A stretch of 31,605 nucleotides of DNA, taken from positions 38,805 to 70,409 of the forward strand of contig JBJCIZ010001670.1 of the NCBI GenBank assembly GCA_051294375.1. Direction: 5' to 3'. A program made the position numbers and the translations under genes. Positions 1 to 11,107 of the stretch are shown here, piece by piece. The notes beneath the pieces were generated by a model that saw nothing but the letters and a program-made list of their open reading frames with translations, made no database searches and was not told where the DNA came from. Within the stretch, counting starts at the first letter, position 1. Each line of letters opens with the position of its first letter. Source of the DNA: Paraspadella gotoi (Eukaryota; Animalia; Chaetognatha).

Positions 1-339
1 AGCTTTGAGCTGTTGCTGCGTCTCGGCTCTGCTGCTGCTGCATCTTGTCTCTGTTGCTTATCTGTCTTTCAATGATTATTGGATATTGAATACTTAATAA
101 AGTCATTATTTTATTTTATCTTTTGATATATGGATTGAGTTAATATTAAGTCGAGATTAAGCACTGCTCAATGTTCTCATCTGAAACTGAGAAACCCCCC
201 CAAGGAATCTCCTACAGTTAGAGATAAAGATTTTGAACCGGAATAAAGAAAAAAATCTCAAATTCAAGTATAACTTTTCTTATTCAACTCGAATTTAGAG
301 TAAAGTAGTTATTGAGTTGGGATGTTGGTATTATTTGTA

Positions 340-448
340 AAATCTGTTGATTGATTATGTACTGTGATCATTTGTAACCGCGACCCATGGCCTACCCACG
401 GCCGGTCCTTTCTGAATAAATTCTAATCTAATCTAAATCTAATCTAAT
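340..448 (+). mobile_element. Probable 3' end of a truncated non-LTR retroelement (LINE or SINE tail)
   Basis: Small GC-rich stem-loop (ggcc tacccac ggcc), then AATAAA at 415-420, immediately followed by a (TCTAA)n tail at 422-448. This layout is typical of L2/CR1/RTE-type 3' ends. Family not identified. Confidence 0.45.
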
Positions 449-2652
449 TCATCGATTGGCTGATTAAAGATTAATTAGTTACTGTATAATTTTAAATTTG
501 TTCCGAAATAAAATATTTCTTCGAAAGTTGCGCCCTGAAACTAACAGCAGAAGGAAACGGCTAAAGATATAAAACTAAAAAGAGAGATAAACCGAGAGAG
601 AAAGAGACAAAGAGAAAAGACCGTCATTCTCCGGCGCCAATTCCCGCCAACCTTTCCTCTTTTATGTAAAACAATCGTTTCGAAACTATTTTCGGGTTAT
701 CATCGACCCAAAAGTGGGGGAAAAGTTCCCAAAGTGAGAAAAAAACGAGAGTTTCTCTAAACGACCTTTTCTCTTCTCTCCAAATGGGTTTTGAAGGGAA
801 AAAAAAAAGGAGATTCACTCTCTAACTCTTTCCCTCCCCTCCCTCCATCTTCACCGCCCCCCTCTTTTCACTTCTTTTCTTTTTCTTTTTTTTTTTAAAT
901 GTGATCAAAAATTCGATTCACGAACGAAACTTTGTCAGAGAAAAGAGAGGAAGAAGATGTATGTATTAGGTAGCGTGATGGGAAACGTTTTGTGGATTTG
1001 GATTTTATGTTACAGGTTCCAGACATGGCGTGAAATGTGAAATACATACATATTTATATATATATATATAGATTCATACTTCTTACCATGAATCAAACGG
1101 ATTGTTAAGTCTCTAACCAAAAGAAGGACTTATTCTTTAAAGCGAAATTGAAATGGGCTTCAGGGGTTCGACTCCACAACAACAACAAAATCGTCGACGA
1201 CGACGTAATATAAAAAAATATAAAAAGAGAAAAGGAAATTGTCATTTTTTTAGAATCGATTTCGTCGTCGTTTCTTTTCGGTTTGAGGTCGTGAGGTGAA
1301 GTCGGTGGTGAAACTTGGGTGAGTGAGAGTGAAAAAGATAAAGAGTGAAAGGAGTGAAAAAAAAAGCTTCCGGGCGTGGTGGAGTGATGGAGGGTAAGGA
1401 GTGGTGCAGGGTGAGGGAAATCCCTAAGGGGAAGCGGTTGGCTGGGGGGCGAGGCGGCAGGGGAGCAGGGGGCAGGGGTGGGCACAAAGGTCACCCTAAA
1501 TTCATGGGGTCGAAGTTCGTTCGGCGTCAAATTTGAAGAAAAGTCAAAAGACGAGAAAAGGGGAGGAAAGAAAAAAGGGAGGAAAGGAAAGGAAGGAAAG
1601 AGAAGAATAATTGAAGGAAGGAAAGGAAAGGAGAAAGGGAATGAAGAAAAAATAAAGGAAGGGAGAAAGGATGTAAAAAGGGAAGGAAAGAAAGGAAAGA
1701 CGGAAAGTAAGGAAAGAAGAAAGGAAGGGACGAATGATAAAAAAAGGGAAAGAAGAGAGAAAGTAAAGAAATATGGAAAAAAGGAGAAAAGTTTTGTCCC
1801 GAAAAATGAGATCCTAACTTAACTTAAAATTTCATGTTTCTAACTCAAGAAAAATCTCGACCAAATAAATCAGTCTGGTTTTAAATATTGTACGTTTAAG
1901 AATTATAATTCATGAACCCACATTCAATACATTTTTTTTAAGTTTTTCAAATGATTATACGAATGCTTAAAATTTCAATTTCGCCCATGCACTTTTTGGG
2001 AGCAAGAAGAAGAAAAAAAAACCATCGTACAGTAAGTAATAATTATATAACGAACGAAATCTTTAAGAAAATAAAACGAAACAGAAAGAAAATTTTTTTC
2101 GAGCAATTTTTTTTTAAACGAATGAATCGAGTAAAATTTCTATGGCTAAAAAGGTTTGGAGTACACAGAGATTAATCAATAATTTGTTTGTTTGGTTTTT
2201 TTTGTTTTCTTTATTTGTATTTTTGTTTGTTTGGTTTTTTTCAAATCGAATATTTATCATTTGAAATACTAAAGAAAGAGAGGGGAGTAAAAAGGGGGGG
2301 AGAAGATAAAGGGAGACAGAGAGAGACAGAGACAGAGAGAGAGGGAGAGGGCTGAAATGTTCATGACAAGCTGTTGCTGCTAAACACAGGATTTCGCTTT
2401 TCATGTTTAATCAAATCTTGACTTTTATTTTTACTTTTTTTTCTTTTTTATTATTTTTAATGACTGTTTTGTAATCGACAAAAAATACGTGCAAGCCTTT
2501 TTTTGATCATTATGCGTAAAATCAATTTGAAGTCACGCACTTTTTCTTTCAAGACAATAATGCATTCTTTTATGAATGTCGTCAATTTTCTCTTCGTTTT
2601 CGTGAAACATTGTAATAATAGAGTCAGTTGTTCAATTGTTTATATCTTCGAT

Positions 2653-3327
2653 TCACACTTGCATCCTCTGATGATGCAACATCAGCGCCTCTCGCGGATC
2701 TAAACCGAACTTTTCCGCCGCTGCCGACGCCGCCGACGATGAAGACGACGATGACGACGACGACAACGACGACGACGCGGCCGAGTGATGCAGATGCAAC
2801 GGATGACTGTCCGGCGATGGAAACGGCGCCGGCGCAGCGTGCTGAGACGCCGCAGCCGCCGCCGCGCCCACCGACGCCGCGTAGGCGCTCATTAAGTGAT
2901 GCGGGTGCAACGCCGCGGAAATTGACGCCAGATTGGACAGATGGGGCGCTGTGGGGCCGGCGACCGAGGACGCGGGTCGGGGCGGAGATCCGGCGCCGTT
3001 TATAGTCAAATTTTCCGGCGTGGATTGGACGCCGGGTGGCGTCCCGGGTGGTGATCGGGGCGTGGCTGACGTCGGCGTCGGCGAACCGCCCGGCGACGAG
3101 CGTCGTCCGTTCAAAAGAACGCCTCCGATGCCGAGGACACCGGGAGATCCGCCGGCGTCGCCGCTCGAGAGGCGAGAAGCGGTGGCATCAAAACCGGCGT
3201 CGTCTCGAAGGCGGCGCCGTAACGAATCGGCGTCATCACGCTCTTCAACGACGTCGACTTCTTCGTCGTCGCCGTCCTCGTCGTCGTCGTCGGAGCCCAA
3301 GAGGCCGTCCCGATCTTCCTCGAAATC
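2653..3327 (-). CDS. Mnx: Mnx/HB9 terminal coding exon (acidic tract, then Pro/Ser/Ala/His-rich tail, ending REALMLHHQRMQV*)
   Basis: GC-rich open frame (ORF 2653..3300 extended 9 codons to acceptor cttctttccctcaag|GAT). Phase 0 matches the preceding donor. TGA at 2655-2653. The acidic stretch after the homeodomain is typical of Mnx proteins. Confidence 0.85.
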   Translation of the reverse strand, partial: DFEEDRDGLLGSDDDDEDGDDEEVDVVEERDDADSLRRRLRDDAGFDATASRLSSGDAGGSPGVLGIGGVLLNGRRSSPGGSPTPTSATPRSPPGTPPGVQSTPENLTINGAGSPPRPASSVAGPTAPHLSNLASISAALHPHHLMSAYAASVGAAAAAASQHAAPAPFPSPDSHPLHLHHSAASSSLSSSSSSSSSSAASAAAEKFGLDPREALMLHHQRMQV

Positions 3328-3568
3328 CTTGAGGGAAAGAAGGAGGGGGGGGGTTTGGATTGATTGATTGATTTATTGATGAATTGGTTTATATTAAATT
3401 AATCGATTGATTTATTGATTAAATAATTGATTTGAATCGAAATCATTTGTTGTTCGATTTATTGAATCGGATATTCATTTTTTTATGAATCGGTTGATAA
3501 TTTGTTTAGTTTGTAAATATTATTGATAATATTGTAAATATTGTAAATATTATTGATGGATTAATTAC
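3328..3568 (-). other. 241-bp AT-rich phase-0 intron downstream of the homeobox
   Basis: gtaatt...ccctcaag, with an abrupt switch to AT-rich low-complexity sequence between two GC-richer coding blocks. Confidence 0.85.
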
Positions 3569-3706
3569 CTGATTATCCTCGTCCTCTCCGCCCTGCTTGT
3601 CTTCCCCCTTCTTGTCCTTGTCTTCCTTCCCGTTCTTCTTGTCCTCGTGTTGCGCTTTTTTGCTTCTTTTCCATTTCATTCTTCGATTTTGAAACCAAAT
3701 TTTCAC
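3569..3706 (-). CDS. Mnx: Mnx/HB9 exon encoding homeodomain helix 3 and a charged linker
   Basis: VKIWFQNRRMKWKRSKKAQHEDKKNGKEDKDKKGEDKQGGEDEDNQ. WFQNRRMKWKRSKKA is the Mnx signature. Acceptor ctttttcag|GTG, donor CAG|gtaatt. 138 nt, phase 0/0, joins ETQ|VKIW in frame. Confidence 0.96.
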
Positions 3707-4274
3707 CTGAAAAAGGATGAAAACAATTTCAAGAAATGAAGACTCAGTTTTTAATAAATGAAAAATGTTTTAAGAATCCATAGTTTGTGATGTTTTACTA
3801 CTGAGATTATTTAGGAACGAGGTCGAGGCTCCTCGAGATAACTTTCAGAGACGACCCCGAATTTTCACAGACCCCTCGACCGACTTTCACCGTCGACTTC
3901 ACCAGAAATTTACAGACGAGCCGACAATTTTTCACGCCAGCCTCACTGTGTCAGTGAGCCACGTGTGAGACGCTAAAAAAGGACGAGCCAAGGTTAAAAA
4001 GCCTCGAGTCATTTAATCATCATTAAATATCAAAAAAAGATCAGAAAAAAAAAGGAAAAAAAAAAGCCCCACAAACGATCCCCTCTTTTTTTACAATCAC
4101 AATCTCTCCTCCCCCTGGCAGAAAAAAAAAGGCTAACGTCCTCCTCCCTTCTCGTTTTCACCGCCAGGGGTCAAAGGTCGCGCGGATTCGCGTATGAAAA
4201 ACTCGCTAATGGACGCTCATTTGTCAGAAAACGCGAGTCCCTTGCCGATCGGCAGATGTCATCAGAACGCGATT

Positions 4275-4323
<49 letters not shown>

Positions 4324-5012
4324 TGCGATTGCAAGGCGTTTACCGGTGATTTCATTGAGCGATCGTATCAGTTGATCGCATCTTTTGCAAACACTTACGC
4401 CCAACTAATATCAAAAAAGATTAGATAAGTTGAGGTAAGTTTTGTTAAGTTTAACCAAGACAATGACTTTTTTATGCGCTTCAGCTTGTCTGCAACATCT
4501 TTGCAGGAGCGCTCCTGTTAATCAGCATTATCTTGACTATAGCGCTCTATTTTGTGTGCAATGTCTTCAGGAGCGACCCAGTTTGTCTGCGTTATCTTAG
4601 CAAAATTCTCACTTGAATTTGACAGAAATTTAAAAAAAAAATTATTACGAATATCATTTCTACAAAAAACTTTAAAGAATTTTAAAGTTTACCTAATATG
4701 ACATCAGTGTGGTCTTTTTTTTTCATCAGTGTGGTCTTTGTCAGAATTGGTTGTGATAATCTGTCATTCTTAGCATATTTGTTTAAATGTAATTGAAAAA
4801 AGTATAAAAATAGAGTTGTATGTAATATTTTGACAGGAGCGCTTCATCGCGTGCGCGGTTTAAGGAGCGCAACCAAGATTCTCCTTTTTTCTCCTTTTTT
4901 CTCCTTTTTATTTCCTTTTTTCTCCTTTTTATTTCCTTTTTTCTGGAGACTGTAATGGTTTCTAAATCTCTTTAGTATCGCCAAAGCGCAGGCCCTTCCT
5001 TTCATCGACACC

Positions 5013-5013
<1 letters not shown>

Positions 5014-5095
<82 letters not shown>
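5014..5095. repeat. (CT)n microsatellite (representative of dozens in the window)
   Basis: Pure dinucleotide run. Confidence 0.98.
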
Positions 5096-5097
<2 letters not shown>

Positions 5098-6221
5098 GTC
5101 AGACTCCCCAAAAAATGTCTCCTTTTTTCTTAGCGCTTTCATCTTTTATTCAGAATCGATCGCTGGTCGAAAGCCTTTTTCTTCACGCCAATAACTTGGT
5201 CGTCGTCGTCGTCGTCGTCGTCGTCTTCATCATCGCCGCAAGCATAATTATCTTCGACGTCGTCGTCGTTGTTGTTGTTGTCGTTGGTTTCTTTTCAAGC
5301 TTCAAAAAAACGTAATTAGGCAAAAGACGACGAAACAAGTTGCGGTCGTAAATAAAAAAAAAACAACAAAAAAGCAAAAAACTAAAACGAAACTGAAAAT
5401 AACTAAAATGTAAATAAAGTTTAAATCGGATTTTAAACGGCGACTAAATTTTACTAACATTTTTTTAAAAAATTGAACAAATACCATTCCTCCCTTTGTC
5501 TCCCTTGTCCCCATCTGACTTCCGCCCTCTCTCCCCCTCCCCTCATTTTGGTCTCCCGTCTTCCCCTTTGAAGTCATCAGATGCAATCATTAAGAAATCA
5601 TCATCGCGTTTCGCATCAGCGACTTTTTCTATTTGGATATTCAATGCTCGACCCGGGCCCCAATTTCTCTCACTTTCTCTCTCTCTCTCTCTCTTAATCT
5701 CTCTTTTTCCGTTTATCCCTTTCTTAACCTCTCTTTTTCTGTCTCCCTCTCTTTTTTTCCTCCTTTAACTCAATCACTCTACCTGACGCATTCGCCTTCT
5801 CCCTCTAATTTTGACTTAGATGTAATAGTTTAATTCCTTAATTTTGTTTACCTCCTTTGTAAGTAGACTGATGTAGATTTAAATTATATAAAGAAAATAT
5901 AAATTAAAAAAATGTTCTGTCATAAAAGACTCTTTGACTCCCTCTCTAAATGTCTCCCCTCTCTCTCTCTTTCCTCCCTCTCTTCTCTCCCCGAAAAAAG
6001 AGAGAGATATGAAGTGATAATTATCTTCGCCATTTCGACAGTAAATAGTATTTAGCGCCTAATCTTCTTCTTTTTCTTGCGTTGCCCTTTTTTTTAATAG
6101 CGATGCTCTTTTTTATGAGAAGAGAAATTCGTAGTTACAGTTTCGGTCGATGGCCGATGGCGGCGCTTTAATCGACCTCGTTCAGAACGGCGTCTATAAA
6201 AATGAGGAGGGTTTTTTCTTT

Positions 6222-6315
<94 letters not shown>

Positions 6316-7679
6316 TCAATCCCGGAAGAAAAAACTGTTTTCTGGTTAAAAATCATTAGACTTTACGATGCCAACTTTCTCGTTAAAACGAATCGTCGAT
6401 AAAATTAACGAATTAAAAACTCGATATTGCGAATTCAAGTCGAACTTTATGGTGCGATTCTGGTTGGGGGGTTTAAGGGGAGAGTCGTCTATTTCGAAAT
6501 AATTTTTTTAATCTTTTTTCTTTAATTTTCATTCAAGCGGGTTTTTATAACGCGAATTTGAATTAAATGAGTTAAAAATAAACCGGTTATTAATGAAAAA
6601 AATATCTTGAAAAGCTTTAAATAGCCAGTTAAATTCTTATTTTTAGAAACCATACAAAATAATATGCATATCAAAATTAAAAAAAACGATATTCATTATT
6701 AAGCTATAACATAAATATTTTTCAAGTTTAGTCACTCTCATCTTATAAATAAATATTTCCCTCAAATTCCAACAGAATGACGTACGCTTCGACAGGCCGT
6801 TATTTTTTAACAACCCTCGCGTGTAAAAGCATTTCCTAAAACCAAAAATAACAACAACAACTAAAACTTTCCCTTTCAACTTTTTTTCTAAAAATTCTAT
6901 TTTTTTATTTTCTTTTTTTTTTTTAAGTCGCCCGACGCAGCTGCTTTCTCCAAAATTTAAGCGCGGGGGGAAGAGGCAGGAATTTTTTCCCCGCAGGCTT
7001 AATGTTTTCCCAAACAAGTTTTAAGTGAGTGATAATAAGTTGAATACTTAATTCATCTTTTGTTTGCAATCACTCACTCTCTCTTTGATCTCGCGCCGCC
7101 CTGGCCGCCCTCGAGAGAAGGGGAGAGAGAAAAAAAATCGAGGAAACGATCAAAAGGTAAGTAAGGCGAGGAGGAGGAGGAGGAGGAGGAGGAGGAGGAG
7201 GAGGACTTAAGAAAGGTGCGAAAAGAAAAAAAGGAGAATTGAGAAAAGGTTATGGGAGGTAAGTTAAGGGTAAGAATTATGGAATGAACAAAGTGACGTG
7301 AGGGCGGAGGAGGATGAGGAGGAGGAGGAGGGGAAGGATTAGAAAGGTGGAGATAAGTTAAAGGAGGAGGAGGGGGAAGAGGAAGAGGAGGAAGAGGACG
7401 AGGATCTTTTGTCCGAAGCAGAGAAATGAAATTTTTCTTTGAAAATAACCGATTGTTCGTAATATTTACTGTTACATAGAGTTTGTCATCATTATTTTAT
7501 TGTTTTAATTTTAATACTTATGCTACATAGTCCTTTATGAACCTTTTCTCTCTCTCTCATCTCTCTCTACTCTCTCTCTCTCTCTCTCTCTCTCACTCTA
7601 AAAAGAGATCAAGGGAAGAAAAGCAACGCAGTAGGTGTTCTCTCCCCGCAGCGAAGTACCTTTTGTCGTCGTCGTCTTA

Positions 7680-7710
<31 letters not shown>

Positions 7711-8060
7711 TATCCAATTCGCTTAAAATTAAATGTAGATGTATTTGCAGAGCTTTATCGAGGGAATATAAAAGCGAATAAAAAGCAATACAACTTAGCT
7801 AAAGATTGCATCCCAAGGTAAGTAAAACGGATAATGTTTAGGTAAGTCGTCTCCCACTTTAACAGTTTTACCTAGATTGTTGGGGTTTTTTATTTTTTAA
7901 ATCTACCTATTGTAGTATATTTCAGTGTATGAAATTATGAAATGAGTACTCTGATCAAGAAGGGTTGCTTTAGCGACATTGACAAAGCCCTCTTCAGATA
8001 AAAATCTCAAACCAAGCATTTCCGCTACTTTGAGGCGCGGGGGCTTTTTTCAAAAGTCAA

Positions 8061-8790
8061 TATCTTAGCTTCTTAAGCCAGAGTCTCAATTTACGCCATT
8101 TCGGCTTCTTGGGCTATGGCCTCGTCATATCCCACATCTGCTTCTTCGGCCACAGCCTCGTCTCACGTCACATCGGCTTCTTAGGCCATCTCGGCTTCTT
8201 AGGCCGCAGCCTCATCTCACGTCACATCGGCTTATTAGGCCACAGCCTCATCTCATGTTACATCAGCTTCTTATGCCATCTCGGCTTCTTAGGCCACATA
8301 CTCATCTCACGTCACAAGGGCTTCTTGCGCCATCTCGGCTTCTTAGGCCGCAGCCTCATCTCACGTCACAAGGGCTTCTTACGCCATCTTGGTTTCTTAG
8401 GCCACATCCTCATCTCACGTCATATCGGCTTCTTGCACCATCTCGGCTTCTTAGGCCACAGCCTCATCTCACATCACAACGGCTTTTTGTGCCATCTCGG
8501 CTTCTTCGGCCACAGCCTCATCTCACGTCACAAGGGCTTCTTGCGCCATCTCGGCTTCTTAGGCCGCAGCCTCATCTCACGTCACAAGGGCTTCTTGCGC
8601 CATCTCGTCTTCTTAGGCCACAGCCTCATCTCACGTCACAACGGCTTCTTGCGCCATCTCGGCTTCTTCAGCCACAGCCTCATCTCACGTCACAAGGGCT
8701 TCTTGCGCCATCTCGGCTTCTTAGGCCACAGCCTCATCTCACGTCACATCGGCTTCTTGTGCCATTTAAGCTTCCCGAGCCACGACGGCC
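8061..8790. repeat. Minisatellite with an 18-bp basic unit and 54-bp higher-order unit
   Basis: Consensus catctcggcttcttaggc-cacagcctcatctcacgt-cacaagggcttcttgcgc, about 40 subunits. Homogeneous in the centre and 3' part, degenerate at the 5' edge. Confidence 0.95.
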
Positions 8791-9170
8791 GCTCTCACCC
8801 TCTTTTTCTCTCCCGTTGATGATTCGAAGTCATTTTTGGGGATTAAGCATCGATGTCGCTAGCGGATCAAAGTGGGTGATCCTTTTTTCGGGGGGTCCTT
8901 TCAATCTTCGCCGATTCGGGGGGGGGGACGGTGGGGAGGGTCTGGGGCGCTGGATGGTTTACGAGGGTAAGGGCAGAGTGGCGGTAAAGGGAGGCCGTGT
9001 CTCGATTTCGACCATGAAGTAAAATGTTAAAAAATCTGACGAAAAAAAATTATTTATAAAATGGTAGGAATGGAATGAGATCTCTTGAGAAGTTGAGAGA
9101 GAGAGAGACCAAGAGACGAGAGAGAGAGAAGAGAGACGAGAGAGAGAGAGAGAGAGAGAATAGAAGAAGA

Positions 9171-9221
<51 letters not shown>

Positions 9222-9330
9222 AGAGAGATGAGGATTACTTATCTTTTTTGTCATCTTCAACTCGGCAAAGCGGAAACTCAAATATTTTTTTTTACAATTC
9301 ATTTCTTTTCTTTTTTCGTGTCCTTCCCCC

Positions 9331-9370
<40 letters not shown>

Positions 9371-9650
9371 ACCCCTCAACAATCGATGAATCATGCCGGT
9401 CGGGTCGTCGCTCGGATTTCATTATCCAATTAATGAATCGTGTAGGGACAACAACAAAGCGGAATCCGTTTAAACCAAAAGAGAATAAAAAAAAGGAGAA
9501 AAAGAAAAGGAAAAAAAGGAAAGAAAATAAAAGAAGAAAAGAATTTGAGCGGCGAGAGAAAGAGAAAGCGGCATCTGGTTGTTCGGGATTTTTTTTCCTG
9601 CTTATTTTTTTCCTTTCCCTTTTTTTCAGATTCTCCCTTTTTTTTCGCGC

Positions 9651-9740
9651 GACCAATGAGAAGCGAGATCGACTTTGGACAGGTGATTGGACCAATCAGA
9701 GAAGAGATAGACTTGGGACAGGTGAGTGGACCAATCAGAA
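9651..9740. repeat. 39-bp tandem repeat (about 2.3 copies) carrying CCAAT and CAGGTG motifs
   Basis: CCAAT at 9653, 9692 and 9731 (39-bp spacing). Unit gagat[c/a]gactt[t/g]ggacaggtga[t/g]tggaccaatcaga. Confidence 0.85.
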
Positions 9741-10375
9741 AATTTGCTGAGCTTTTTTATTCACTCTCCCTCTTTCTCTCTCTCTCTCATCTCAAACTTC
9801 CGGCTGCCAATCGCTGATTACCTGTATATCAGCAGAGAAAATGGAAGAAAAATCTTATTCGAGTCCTACACTCTCAAAAAGGCAGTTACATACGGAGTCT
9901 CTCATTCGGGGGTTCGAAGGTCAACTATAAAAGTGACGCTATCTCAACTTAGCCAGGTGCGAGACAAATTTTGTTCAGTCAGTTTTAAACAAATGGCTTC
10001 CGCCCGATTTCTAAAAGGATTTGCTAAATTGACAAAATTTGATCAGACGTTTATGATAAGTTTAAGTCACTCAGTCATGTACATTGTACTCGATATGAGG
10101 TTAACAAGATTGTACATTTTAGCATTATCATTATTATTACAATTCTGTGCTGTATTTAAAATGGTTATTTTTAAATTTTAGAAACTTCCTTCTTGAGCTT
10201 CCCGACCTTGTTTTGCATTATTTTAGTTTATTATTGACATTAATATGTAATACTTATACTTTGTATGATTTACTTTATTTACATTATTTACCCTTTTTCT
10301 TCGTTTCGAACATTACGCGGGACCTCGACCAAGTTCTGACTTATTTCACTTTATTTTACACATTGATGGAGACTA

Positions 10376-10612
<237 letters not shown>

Positions 10613-10972
10613 TTAGTCATCTATACATTATATTAATTAGCGATAGATTATTATACTGACGACCTCTTTTTTTTAATTAGATACAGCAGACACCCAACAG
10701 ACATAATTTTCGATTACAAAAGTGAACAATTTCAAAATAACGTCTTCTGCACAAGAGACACAGATTTTTGGGAGGAAAACTAAATATTTTTTTTCGTTTT
10801 GTTGGAATTAAAATATGAGCAAACATGTGTAAAGTAGGTTCCTATAAGCTAGAGAGTTGAAACAGCAATAAATAGCAGGTCCTCGTAAAGGATTGAAGAA
10901 TTGTAAGTTGGCAAAGAGAAGGGGAAAAAAAGTGGTAAAAAGAAATGTGAAAAAAAACAACTACTTTATTCT

Positions 10973-11107
<135 letters not shown>

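Noticed and set aside
1-215. Possible LTR 3' end (AATAAA, ending cctaca); 30300-30564 ends similarly
   Set aside because: No partner LTR, PBS/PPT or internal domain is visible, and the two regions do not otherwise align.
2200-2460. Mnx polyadenylation signal
   Set aside because: Several minus-strand AATAAA hexamers occur in this AT-rich region and none can be singled out without 3'-end data.
2628-3367. Plus-strand ORFs 2628-3005, 2933-3367 and 3036-3332
   Set aside because: Antisense shadows of the GC-rich Mnx terminal exon.
8061-8790. CRISPR-like regular repeat
   Set aside because: No unique spacers, no cas genes, and the context is eukaryotic. It is a minisatellite.
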